NCBI GenBank assembly: GCA_964016885.1
Contig: OZ024743.1
Span: 317,006,001-317,070,000 of the forward strand
Length of the DNA: 64,000 nt
Source: Eledone cirrhosa
Taxonomy: Eukaryota
Direction: 5' to 3'
The translations under genes were made by a program, and so were the position numbers. The notes below the pieces were generated by a model. The model was not told the origin of the DNA and ran no database searches. It worked only from the letters and a program-made list of their open reading frames with translations. Below are positions 38,045 through 50,096 of the stretch, in pieces. Position 1 is the first letter of the stretch, and the number at the start of each line of letters is the position of its first letter.

Positions 38045-39027
38045 TATATATATATATATATGTGTGTGTATATATATAGTTTACCGATAATTCACGGTAT
38101 TTCAGAATTACATCCGTTTCGGCTAAGAATGCAATGACCCACCACCACCTTCACATCAACATCCAAGACGTGTGATGTTCCATATGAGAGATCTGCCTGT
38201 GATGTTCCATATGAGAGATCTGCCTCTGATGATTCGTATGCGGGATGTACAATATACCGTGAATCCTCTAACAGACTCTGGAAAGAAACGAGTCCCTCGA
38301 GTAGTTTAGTTAAATAAGAGAATACAGCTGTTTTGTTGTTTACTGCATGTGTGAACTGATAAACCTCACCTGCGTTGGACCTTTGTTGATTCTGACGACG
38401 AACGATCCAGTTGTCTAACTAACGGAACAGCCTGCTCGTGAATTAAACGTGCAAGTGGCTAAGCATTCTACAGACACGTGTACTAAAAAGTCTAAAGCTT
38501 GTCTTGAGCCTTGAGGCTCATCAGGCCGATACTTATCTCGGTTTCCGTAGCGTTAAGTGACTCAGAGTACAAGACACCCCACTGGACAGGGCGCCAGACC
38601 ATCGCAGTCCATGAGTACCATTGCTGGTACTCATTTTCAACTGAGTATACTGGAGCAACATGAAATGAAGTGTTTTACTCAAGATCACAACACGCAACCC
38701 AGTCCAGGAATCGAACCCACAACATTATGATCCTTAGTCCAACACGCTAACCAACAGGCCACGTGTGCCCTTAATGTAATTCTCGGGGAGATTCAGTGTG
38801 ACACAGTGTGCGACAAAACTGGGTCCTTTGAAATATAGGTACAGCTCATTTTTGCTAGCTGAGTGGACTGAGCAATATGAAATAAAGTATCTCCTGGCCA
38901 TGAATTGAATGCACAACCTTGTGATCGTGGGCCCAACATCCTAACCACTAAGCCACATACCTTCACTCTAACTAATCAATCCTCTGTTTATATTTTATGG
39001 CTAGATTGTGATTCTGGAGGCGGGGAG

Positions 39028-39332
39028 CAGCGTTAGCTTTAGACCTTGGGGACCCCGGGGCACTTCAGGTTTGGGGGATTGGGGGGGGGGTCATACACAA
39101 AACAAATTAGAATACACAGTAAAACCTCCAATTTTACATATCAAAGGTAGCTTGGTGCAAGTAATTGGAATTGATAAGTTATACATATAGTATTGAATTC
39201 AAAAATTCTAACCATCCTAAAACTAAATAGCCCAGTTGAGGGCACAAATAAATTGCTACGGCCGTCGCTGGTGGGGCTCCTCACTGCAGGGGGCCTAGGG
39301 TAACCTCCCCCCCCCCATTAGATCTGACCCTG
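39028..39332. mobile_element. hAT-type MITE (degenerate)
   Basis: CAG...CTG ends with imperfect TIR; 8-bp TSD gcggggag/gtggggag. Confidence 0.65.
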
Positions 39333-40905
39333 GTGGGGAGCACTCATCTCCCTGAGAAGAAAACAATAGAGTATATTGATCAACTGTGCATAACAGGGAA
39401 TTTAGAAAAAACATTTAAATAATGAAAATAAAGGGAAGGCGGAGGTAGGGACAGACTCTATACCCCTGTCAATTCAGTATATTCCAGCTGCGCTCGGCGG
39501 ACATCATGATGAAAGGATTGCCGCGGAGAACAGCCAGCGACACCCGCTACCTGACGGGGAGGGGACTTCTTTGTCGGGCGGGATGCACTCTACATATCCA
39601 AATATAAGAGTGGTCAAGGATTAAATAAATAAAATCGGATGAATCCATAAATAAATAATTTCTATCCCAGACTTAATCTCTTTCGAGACTATAGAATTAC
39701 TGAAGTTTGAAAAGCTTAGTCATTTTAAACCTTTCATTACAACGTTTCTGATGAAATACGCTATTTAGCGTTTTTCAAATCATTTCTAAAACAATCAGGA
39801 ATTTGGAAGGATATAGTATAACTTGGAGAATATTTAATTGTTACTTCTAGTAGCTCCTATGACCAAGAATTCCCCGGAGCAGGAGGAATGTGACCTGGGT
39901 GTCTTAGAACCACTGATAACATGGAGAAGATTTGGCTGTTATTTTTAGCAGGTCGTATGACCAGGTATTCACGAAGGAGGGAAGGAGGAATGTGACCTGG
40001 GTGTCTTAAGAACCACCGAGCTTCACTTAACATCTTCACCTATCTGATGAGTGCAAAAACATTTCCAAGACTTTGTAAACGAAGCCAGATGAAATGATAA
40101 GATTATTGAAATATCCGTGAATCACAGTTTATGTAAATATTTACATCCACCAACAGGTCACCAGGTCATACACCGAATAACGCGCCCGGATTTTTTGGTT
40201 TTAATATCGTAAACACGTTTCTAAATCAAAACAAAACAATACGAGACGCACTGATGTGTGTGTAGATAGATATACATATATTTAAGTAAATATAGATACA
40301 CACACATTCACGTATGAATGTAGAAAAATTATATATACAGTATTTATGTAAATATGAATACACACCCACATATGTATGTAGCTAGAAATATAATACACAC
40401 ATACATTTACGTATGTATATATGAGTGTGTATAGCTAGAAAGATTACACATAATGTATGTATGGTTGTATGTATGAGGATATTTATGTATGAATGTGTGT
40501 GTGTGTATGAATATATACACACACATTATAACCACATTTATTTTCCATAGTGGAAGCTTGCCAAAGAAAATAGAGGTATGATCCGAATAAACTAAGTTCA
40601 CAGAGTGGTTTCGGTACCGACTAATAGTTAACCCACTTCGGTAAAAACGATGGGACAGGCATGGATGTCAAAACATCCTCAATCTCAACCTCCATTTTAA
40701 TAAATCTGTGGCATAATGAATGGAGTAAATTATGTGTGTGTGTGTGTGTGCAGATAAGAGACATATAGACGTAGGCATGGTTCCGTGGTTAAAGTTTCCT
40801 TCGCAACCACGTGGTTTCAAGTTCAGTTCCACAGCGTGGTACCCTGAGCAAGTCCCTTCTATAGCCTTGTGAGTGAAATTGGGTAGAAGTCCTTCGTGTG
40901 TAAAT

Positions 40906-40940
<35 letters not shown>

Positions 40941-41791
40941 GAGAGAGAGATAGGTAGGTAGGTAGATATGTTTACGTTTGTCTCTCTATGTCTATATTCC
41001 GTAATCTAGCGGTTCGACAAAACACAGATCTATAAAATAAGTACGAGACTTGAAAAATGTGAGAGATGGCTAGATAAATGTGTGTTTACGTTTGTCTCTC
41101 ATTGTTTATATTCCGGAACCTAGTAGTTCAACAAAAGACAGATCGATAAAATAAATACCAGGCTTGAAAAATATAAAAGTACTAGAGTCGATATGATTGA
41201 CTAAAATCCATTTTAGGGATGCCACAGCATGACCACAGTCTAATGAATGAAACCAGTATAATCATATATATATACAAATATATACTCACTCAGATTCTTT
41301 ACAGCAAAGAAAACAACCGCTTGTTGCTGCCTAGCAGCTGTCGGTAGAATTAATAATAAACAGTTGTGAGAGAGAGGTTTATATATGCATATATATCTCT
41401 ATATATATACCTGCTCTGTCAGTAGTAGATTCGATCACGTGACCTGCTTAATATTCATGTTGCGTTTGGTTGCTCTACCGATTTGTATGGGTGTGCCTGA
41501 TTTAGCAAGGGCGTTGATGGGAATTCCGCCAACCAAATTAACTTTCTGCCACTTTATTATAATAGTAATAATTCTTTTATTCGTGTTTCTTATATTCTAT
41601 TTTATTTTATTTTATACTGGTTTTTATCATTAGACTGCGGCCATGCTGGTCCACCACCTGGAAATCGATCATATTGTCACCAGTATTTATAGTTTTCAAA
41701 TCTGGTGCTTATTTTAGCAATCATTTTTTGCCGAACTATTAAATTACAGGACATAAACGCAGACAAAAAACAAACAAACACTGTATATATA

Positions 41792-42090
41792 CAGTGTACC
41801 CCCGGCATTCGCTGTCCCGGTTATTTGTGGAATTTTCCTTAGGGTCTAACTAATAATTATTCGTGGAAACCACCGCATATTAACGGAATCCTAAATATCT
41901 TCCGTGATATTTATGGATATTTTCGTGGCAATATATATTTTTTCACGCTAAATTATTAATAACAATATACCGTATTTGCCGGTCTATATTTTACGTTATA
42001 TTTTGACGTTTATAGCCATTTTTATGGACCCCGTCCAATTTTCGCGGGTGCTCTAGGAACGTAACCCCTGTGAATACCGGGGTAAAACTA
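41792..42090. mobile_element. Tigger/pogo-type MITE
   Basis: TA-CAGTGTACCCCCGGCATTCGC ... GTGAATACCGGGGTAAAACTA imperfect TIR. Confidence 0.7.
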
Positions 42091-42168
42091 CATATATATA
42101 TATTGTTACAAATTCGTTGATGAAAGATCGAGGAAAACAGTATTCAATCTGTTGTAAGAGAGCTTATT

Positions 42169-42338
42169 TAGTATAAACAAAGTTTCATACTTAACATGTG
42201 TCAAGTATTCTTGTCCACGTGCCCGAATGAAGGGCCAGTTTAAAAGTGCCTTCTCCAATATACAGTGGTGGCCATGACTGGACCCAGAAACCAATGGTAG
42301 AACATACATGTTAAGTGTATGAAACTTTGTTTATACTA
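42169..42338. repeat. Inverted repeat (about 31-bp arms) next to (TA)n
   Basis: tagtataaacaaagtttcatacttaacatgt versus acatgttaagtgtatgaaactttgtttatacta. Confidence 0.85.
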
Positions 42339-42414
42339 TATATATATATATGAAGTATTTCCGTAGGAAAGGTAAAGGAACAGAGAGTGCTCTATGTAGG
42401 CTACAGAGCTTTTT

Positions 42415-42532
42415 AGTTATGTAATAAATAACATAAGATAATTATTTCATTTACCAGTGGTTTCTTAGATATCTGTCCTCAAAAAACCATTGGTAAATGA
42501 AATAATTATCTTATGTTGTTTATTACATAACT
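42415..42532. repeat. Foldback with 49-bp arms
   Basis: agttatgtaataaataacataagataattatttcatttaccagtggttt / aaaccattggtaaatgaaataattatcttatgttgtttattacataact. Confidence 0.9.
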
Positions 42533-42660
42533 GTATATATATATATGTGTGTGTGTGTGTAAAAGGTAAACAGAAATAACAACACAATCGGTACAGTATA
42601 TGGAAGGGATATATTAGGTTAACGCTTGATATAGCAGGACACGCACACACACACATACAT

Positions 42661-42836
42661 GTGGATTCCCGACGTATATCGGGAGGTGGCCACAGTTAAA
42701 AAAGGTACTCAATACGTTATTATAGAAATGACTTTTACAGGACTAAAACTGTTTCATTCGTAAGAAATCATTAGTACTTTCCTGGTGATTTCTTACGAAT
42801 GATACAGTTCTAGTCCTGCAAAAGTCATTTCTATAA
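42661..42836 (-). mobile_element. Foldback plus tail element, family D (3 copies in window)
   Basis: 51-bp arms 42720-42770 and 42786-42836; tail and arm homologous to 18260-18396 and, in opposite orientation, 8095-8230. Confidence 0.75.
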
Positions 42837-43162
42837 AATAAATATTTATATATTGAAGAGGCAGAATCCTGATGGTGAGCCCTACAGATTGAGCATGTTT
42901 TCTCAAATGTTCTGGTTCTTAGAAGCTAAAACGGCAAGGCTCGCAGTCGGGATTCTGTCTTTCATCATGCATCGAGTACTAAATTGTCTTCCTGGTCTTC
43001 ATACGGCGAACACTCCTTATACGTACGTACATACATATGTAACGGGTGTCACTTGGGTTTCAATGTGTCGCTACACATACACACACACATACATCATCGC
43101 CGTTTTACGACCGTTTCTCTATGCTCGCATTCCTCCCATATGTCGCGGTGCTTGTGTGTATG

Positions 43163-43247
<85 letters not shown>

Positions 43248-43687
43248 AAACTTGAGGCTATAGCAAAAGACACTTGCCCAAGGTGCCATGCAGTGGGAGT
43301 GAACTATAACCATACCTTAAAATATTATTTTTATATTTATTTTGATATATAAGTATGACATAGAACGAACGACAACCACGTGTATTTAAACAAACATCTC
43401 ATGTAACACAGAATATGTTTACTAATAAGCAAGTACAATATTAATCACATACGGATGTAAAAAGTTGTATGTGTGTGTGTGTATACAGAACTGTCAACTC
43501 TCCCCGATCCACATTGGGGTGGGTGAGAGATGTCTTCTCTTGTAAAAATTGGTATAGCTTTCATTAACTTTGCCTTTCATCCTTATGGGGTCGATAAAAT
43601 AAAGTACCAGTAATACACTGGGTAATTGCTGGCCTTGTGCCAAAAGTAGAAACAATTATGTAAAATCTCCCCAATTTGCCCAATTTC

Positions 43688-43795
43688 TCCCCGTTTTGGG
43701 TTCACTTTATTTCGTGGTACTCCCCGTTTTGGGTTCACTTTTTTTCGTGGTACTCCCCGTTTTGGGTTCACTTTATTTCGTGGTACTCCCCGTTT
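43688..43795. repeat. 33-bp tandem repeat, 3 copies, inside a MITE
   Basis: ccccgttttgggttcactttatttcgtggtact x3; a single unit is present in the homologous element at 45588-45774. Confidence 0.9.
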
Positions 43796-44455
43796 GTGTT
43801 TTAGAGGTTGGCAGGTGTGGCATATGTATTTATGTATGTATAGGTGTTTGTGTGTGTGTGGGGGGGGGGGGGGTGTATATATGTGTGCGTATGTATGCAT
43901 GTGTCTAGGGTTAATTGGAAGAGACCAGATGGTATTATCCTTTGCCTCAGGATAAGAAATAAGTATCTTATTTGGGGCACCACAGTCAGTGACTCTTTTG
44001 CTTCACCCCACACCCTGGATGTTGCGGTAAAGATGAGTATCACTACATCCGTAACCGAATGAAATAAAATTCTAAAATACCTGGAATTATCAATAAACTA
44101 TACTTTTTTTCAGCTTTGTGGCAATTTGAGACGTTTAGAAAGTTGGGCTCCCTTTACAGTTGTGTCAGGTGATAGAGATGGTTTTCAGCGGTGTATGGGT
44201 GGGTGGGGGTATTTATTTTACCACCAAAGCGAGACATGAACATAGTTTATATGTTTTTACTTGTCTCAGTCATTAGCCTGAGACCATGTGAAGACACCGC
44301 TTTCAAGGTATTTTTAGTCGAGAATATCGACTCCCAGACATATTTTTAAAAGTCTGATGCTCATTTTATCGATATCTTTTCGTCGAACCGCTAAGTTATA
44401 GGTCATCAACACAAATCCAAATGTAAACATGTAAACACACATGCACATACATACT

Positions 44456-44487
<32 letters not shown>

Positions 44488-45587
44488 TTGACCAGTTCAG
44501 TGAGAATGTTGTACATGGATACTTGAGGTGCAAAACACAGACCATGGATGTGGATGAACCGCACTAAAAACCTGACATGGAATTCTAACAAGTTCATAAC
44601 ATCCCACCTTGCAGCATTTCTGAATTGGAGGATGGGAAGCAAATTTGGTCAATTTAACATAAACTGTAGCGTACATAAACAGATGGGCGTTTTGGTGGTT
44701 TGGGGAGAAAATATATAATTATTAGGGATGGGTGCCCCCCCCCCCCTCGTTCTACTGCTACTGCCTCGAAGGAACAAGAAATCCCCATCAGGTGCCTACT
44801 GCACAAAAGAGAAAAGTCATCAGTTGACAATAAATGTAGGCTGTACAAAGATTGAAGATGTAGCCACGTTATTGCCAACTGTGAAATAATTGTTTCTACT
44901 TTTGGCACAAGGCCAGCAATTATACAGTACATTACTGGTACTTTATTTTATCGACCCCGTAAGGATGAAAGGGAAAGTTAACTTCGGCGGGATTTGAACT
45001 CATAACGTAAAGGGCCGCAAGTCTATGCCGCTGTGAAATAATTGTTTCTATTTTTGGCACAAGGCCAGCTATTTCCCAGTGTATTACTAGTACTTTATTT
45101 TATCGACCCCGTAAGGATGAAAGGCAAAGTTAACCTTGGCGGTGTGAAATAATGTCTTCTCGTTACATACATAGTGAGGAAAAAATAATCGTAACAGAAT
45201 ATTCATTCTAATGGCAATGATGATATTCATGTCGTTATTACTTATTCTTTTAAGTCCGCCGTCTCTCCAAAGCTTGCATTATTTCTACTAAACTACACTT
45301 ATGGGAATGTATTACGTGGGAATATTGTCAACTGTCATATGTGAAGACACGTGTATATAGAGATATATATAAATACATAGATAAGTAGATAGATAGGTGT
45401 ACGGTTTGTGTAAATACCCTACACACACACACACACACAGAATCAGCCTTTTACAAGCCTCACCTCGTTTAACCCTTTTCATAATAAACCGCGAAACCAA
45501 ACCAAACTGTTTGTTCTAAAGTGTTGTATATATATATATATATATATAAATGAAGGTATAGAAAGTATTGTAGCAAGATATATATAT

Positions 45588-45771
45588 CAGACCTGTCAAC
45601 TCGCTGGGGAGATTTGCAATAGCCTTTGGGGTGGGTGAGAGATGTCTTCTCTTGTGAAAATGGGTATAGCTTTCATTATGTAAAATCTCCCCATTTTTAT
45701 CCCCATTTCTCCCCGTTTTGGGGTACTTTGTTTCATGGTATTCCTCGTTTGGGTTTTTAGAAGTTGTCAGG

Positions 45772-45774
<3 letters not shown>
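45588..45774. mobile_element. Small TIR element (MITE)
   Basis: agacctgtcaact ... agttgtcaggtct; homologue at 43486-43818 is interrupted by a SINE. Confidence 0.65.
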
Positions 45775-45808
<34 letters not shown>

Positions 45809-46489
45809 CACACACACACATAAGTTAAGGTTTCATAACATATATGTATGATAACTGGGTTTCTCAGTAGAAAACCTCAATGGATGTTTGATCAGAGTAT
45901 CAATAATTCAAATTATAAGATATATATATACAGAGAGAGAGACATATATCATTAGACAAACACATAGTATTCTGTACATATATATAAAGCATATAATATT
46001 TAGGAAAAAGTACATACTTTAAGGTGGAAAATAACTTCCTATCATACTTTTATGTAAGAACCTATGTTAAGTTATGTTCCAAACACCAGCTTAATTATAA
46101 GAAAGTTAATTACATTACTAAACCCATTCAAATAAATATTTTGATTATTATGTATTTCGTTAGAGATATTGTAACGAAGTGATAGGTTATTCAGTTTTGT
46201 ATTGTGTTTTCTCTGTGATACCCTAAGTTATATAAAGCTTGGAGACCCCTCCTTTAAAAATATTACGCCATTGTCTTTGATCAGCATCAGGATTATGTGG
46301 CTCATGTTGTCCAGAGTCAGTGTTTGATGAAGATCTGGTCCTTTTATTAAGATGTTTTGTCTTATGATTGTCTGTCCTCTTCATATGCTTATGCCCACGA
46401 GAAGATTTCCGCTCAGTAGCCATTAGGTTTCACAAATATTGTAAGGCCAGTAGCGTCGGATAGCATGCTTCGCGGCATACAGTTATGTC

Positions 46490-46665
46490 CAGGGCCTGTG
46501 AGAACGGGGGGGGGGGGGGGGGTCCAGTTGGTACTTTGTTTCGGGGCCCAGGAGCTAAGAAGGCTCCACAGCAACCATGCAACATTCATTTTGAGAAAAA
46601 TCTTTGCCTACTTCGAGCCCCAAAGGGGTTATGTACCGTCTTGAAAATTTCTCTCGGAGGCACTG
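46490..46665. mobile_element. hAT-type MITE nested in a SINE head
   Basis: CAGGGCCTGTGAGA ... TCTCGGAGGCACTG; 8-bp TSD gttatgtc/gttatgcc. Confidence 0.8.
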
Positions 46666-47412
46666 GTTATGCCTCTACGTTCTGATTTCAAACCTTGCCG
46701 AAGTTAGCTTTGATTTTCATCCTTACGGGGTCGATAAAATAAAGTACCAGTCAAGTACTGAGGTCGATTTAATCGATTTTCTCGTCCCCAAAAACTGTTG
46801 GTCTTGTGTCTAAATCAAAATCCAGCCCGTAGGTTATATCTAAACCGGTCACTACGCTTTCTACTTGAATATATTTCTATTAAGCAATAGAAAAAAAAAA
46901 ACCCCACGAAAAAGAAAAGATGAAATCAAAATGAAAAATAACGGGTCAGCTTATGATCGAGGAGACCTATAATCAAAGAAAGACGTTCCAGTTATGGCCA
47001 TCTCATCTCCTTGGTCGTACATTATCCAGTCTATTCTCTCTAGTACATTTCACGAAGTGTACGTTCTATTAGTTTCTCATTTATTTTAGAAGGAAAACAC
47101 CACTAATCCCTGTTGTCGTGAGTGTATAATTGAGTGGACTTATCTTTTCCCATTCCTCCCTCTCATACCTCAGTCATTTCTTTTGTAAATCATGGCCAGT
47201 GTAAAACATACATGAGTGTAAACGATATATGACAGGATATATCACTTGAGAAACAGCTAGTATATATACACAACAAATGATAGGTAAATAAATATACAAC
47301 TTCAAGATGGTATAAAGGCCTACAATCTCCCCCCTCCCTCTCTCTTTGTTTACATACAATGGCTGGTGATATCTGAAAGCTGTTATTCGGTTATTTAATT
47401 TAAGACGGTAGA

Positions 47413-47486
47413 GTTGCCATTGCCTCTTGGCTTAAAAGCGCCCAGCCGGTATCTGGGAGATATGGAGTTCAATTCCCCATAGAAGC
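47413..47486 (+). pseudogene. tRNA-like sequence (SINE head or tRNA pseudogene)
   Basis: Anticodon-like arm cccag-ccggtat-ctggg and B-box-like gagttcaattcc; acceptor stem does not pair. Confidence 0.45.
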
Positions 47487-47639
47487 CGATGTCAACTTCT
47501 CTTTCCATCTTTTAAATGTTTTCACCTTATTTTATAAGCCATTTTATAGCATCTCCGTGCATGAGTACATCATTCTAAATGATATACATGAAGGTCGTCT
47601 GCTCAAATGTTTTTTTTGTTGTTTTTTTTTTGCCTAAAT

Positions 47640-47930
47640 GGCTTTTGAGTCCTGAAAGCCTGTGAAGGACCTGTCCACAAATAATAAAATGATGTCTCAT
47701 TTCGTTCTTGTTTCCATTTTGGGTTATTATGTATGTTCAGATGTCGCTTCAGTCCACCACCTGATTTGCAAATTTTCTGACAAACATGGCACTGGAACTG
47801 ATTCTCTGCAACGAAGTTTGAATAGTCAACTTGGACTTTACCATCATGTGCTCGTTGGTGTGACTTCAACGTTCAAAAGGCACACCTTAGGGTACACACG
47901 GCATTTGAAAACGAACGCTGTATAAGATTC
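47640..47930 (-). mobile_element. C2H2 zinc-finger remnant, probably a LINE ORF C-terminus
   Basis: FQCHVCQKICKSGGGLKRHLNIH preceded by a frameshifted finger (FKCRV.PKVC...KSHQRAH); no start or splice context seen. Confidence 0.55.
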
Positions 47931-48311
47931 ATCATTATTATTGTTAGTTCAAATCCCGCCGAGGTTAACTTTGCCTTTCATCCTTACGGAGTCGATAAAA
48001 TAAAGTACCAGTAATGCACTGGGTAATTGCTGGCCTTGTGCCAAAAAGTAGAAACAATTATTGTTGGTCCCATTCTTCTGCACTTTCTTTTTCGGTTTTG
48101 CATGTTTTTACTCTCTCCATTTCAAATACTTTGATTCCATACCAAATGGCATTCCCCCTACCTCATGCCACTCTATCTATTGCACATGATTCAAGATGTT
48201 TGTAGGATAGGTTAAGGCATTTTAAGTTCGTCACCAATATGGAGCACCCGGCCATAATTAAAGAAAAATGTTGTGAGTTAATTATAATAATAAGGGTTTA
48301 GACCAATATCC

Positions 48312-48403
<92 letters not shown>

Positions 48404-49042
48404 AATTCAATATATGTCTAAATATATACATATATCCCTATGAATTTAATATATACTCCCGTTCGGTAGAGTAAAACTTTAGGCGGTATCTGGCTGCTCT
48501 TTCTAGCAGCCAGCCTACCTGCCACCTGGCCACCATTCACAACCTTCTACTTTGAGCACTCACCACGTGATGATTCTTAGCCATTTTTTAATTCATTTCT
48601 GGTGGCGATCACTGTAGAAACTTTAGTCCAAACCTGAGGGGGGGGGGTGTCCCTTGATAAGCTCTAAGCCTCATGGATAATACCAAGATCGGACATATCC
48701 ACAAAGTACAAGTGAAACTACCGATAGTCAAGACTAGAGGAATTTTGGTAAAGTTTATATGCATTTTTTCTTTTAACTTATATTTTAGACTTAGCTCCAT
48801 TTAATTGATTATTTGTCTAGTTAATTTCTACGGGCTAAGAGCAAAGACTGGATAAATTTTATCTGACTGTTCCTTGCGGAAAATAATCTGTATCATTAAT
48901 CTATTATTTCTTCAAAGTTACATTTTTAACTTATAGCTCCGTTTAAATGATTATTTATCTAGTTGATTTCTACAGACTAGGGTGAAGAAAGAATGGATAT
49001 ATTTTATCTAATAATTCTTCAAACTTGCAATTTCATATATAT

Positions 49043-49122
49043 ATACCAAAGTTTTGGTACCCTTGAAATATATATAATAGAATAAATATGGTTTTATAAA
49101 TATAGTTTCCATTTATTTAATA
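49043..49122 (+). mobile_element. Truncated copy of family A (3' half of hammerhead plus AATAAA)
   Basis: taccaaagttttggtacccttgaaatatatataatagaataaatatggttttataaatatagtttccatttatttaata matches 19787-19865; between TA tracts. Confidence 0.9.
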
Positions 49123-49959
49123 AATATATATATATATATATACAGGCCGAAACAAATGAGATCGTGTAGGTATCACGACAAAAAAACACACAGTCCACGC
49201 TGTAATGTGGCCGTGTAGGCAACACGGTAAAAACCTCCCAGCCCCACACTGTAAATGTGGTTGGTGTTAGGAAGGGCATCCAGCTGTAGAAAACCCGCCA
49301 GACAGTCCTATGCGAGCAAGACAATCACTCTTGCCTCAAGTGGGAAAACCCCCGTCCAAACCCATGCAAGCGTGGAACACGGACGTTAAACGTTGATGAT
49401 GATGATGATGATGATGATGATATATATTTGGGAAATTTTGATGTTTTTAATCAGAAAATTAATTTCTATAATGAGGCCTTACATAGATCAAGATATAATT
49501 GTTTCTACTTTTTGGCACAAGGCCAGCAATTATCCAGTGCATTACTGGTACTTTATTTTATCGACCCCGTAAGGATGAAAGGCAAAGTTAACCTCGGCAG
49601 GATTTGAACTCAGATCATAAAGGGAGGTAACTCTATGCTTCAAAGCATGGCGCCCGACCCTCTACCGATACTGCCACAAGATATAATAAAAAATAAAATA
49701 TAACACTACTGATAAAAAATCTTATAATAAGGTCTATACTTTAAATGTACATCTCCAAAGAATGGCAATAAATCTACATATGGTTTTTATAATAATAGGA
49801 AGAAAAATAAGAAGAAGAATGATACGACTAAAACTGACATTTCGTCTAAACCAAATATTAACCTTAAAAATGACAACTTTAAACCAAATTTAGTTGACAA
49901 AGTTGTTAGTAATATAGATGATACACTAATTAACGCCTGTAATTATAAGGTAAGGCATA

Positions 49960-50095
49960 AATTAAGAAGGAAAAAAATGTATTTGGTATAATCCTCCTTT
50001 TGGTATCCAGGTCGCTTCTAATTTACCTAAGTTCTTTGATATAGTGGATAAGAATTTTCCTCCCAACCATAGATATTAGAAGATATTAAATAAAT
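49960..50095 (+). pseudogene. Penelope-like element ORF remnant, part 1
   Basis: Hand translation from 49978: CIWYNPPFGIQVASNLPKFFDIVDKNFPPNHRY*KILNK, preceded by RRKK; matches the recalled PLE motif RKRxIIWFNPP...IDKHFP..H...KIFN. Confidence 0.75.
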
Positions 50096-50096
50096 A

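Noticed and set aside
38391-38485. CTGACGA hammerhead core
   Set aside because: No stems or downstream GAAA; part of a SINE-like body also present inverted at 2425-2530
39500-39560. C/D box snoRNA (ATGATGA...CTGA)
   Set aside because: Short, with no terminal stem and no recognisable rRNA guide
43688-43795. Repeat-protein ORF (KRGVPRNKVNP)n or CRISPR
   Set aside because: 33-bp tandem expansion inside a MITE whose homologue has a single unit
47413-47486. Functional tRNA-Thr(GGT)
   Set aside because: Acceptor and D stems do not pair; more consistent with a SINE head
47603-47869. Host C2H2 zinc-finger gene
   Set aside because: The first finger is frameshifted, there is no TGEKP linker, and it is truncated by a SINE; better explained as a retroelement C-terminus
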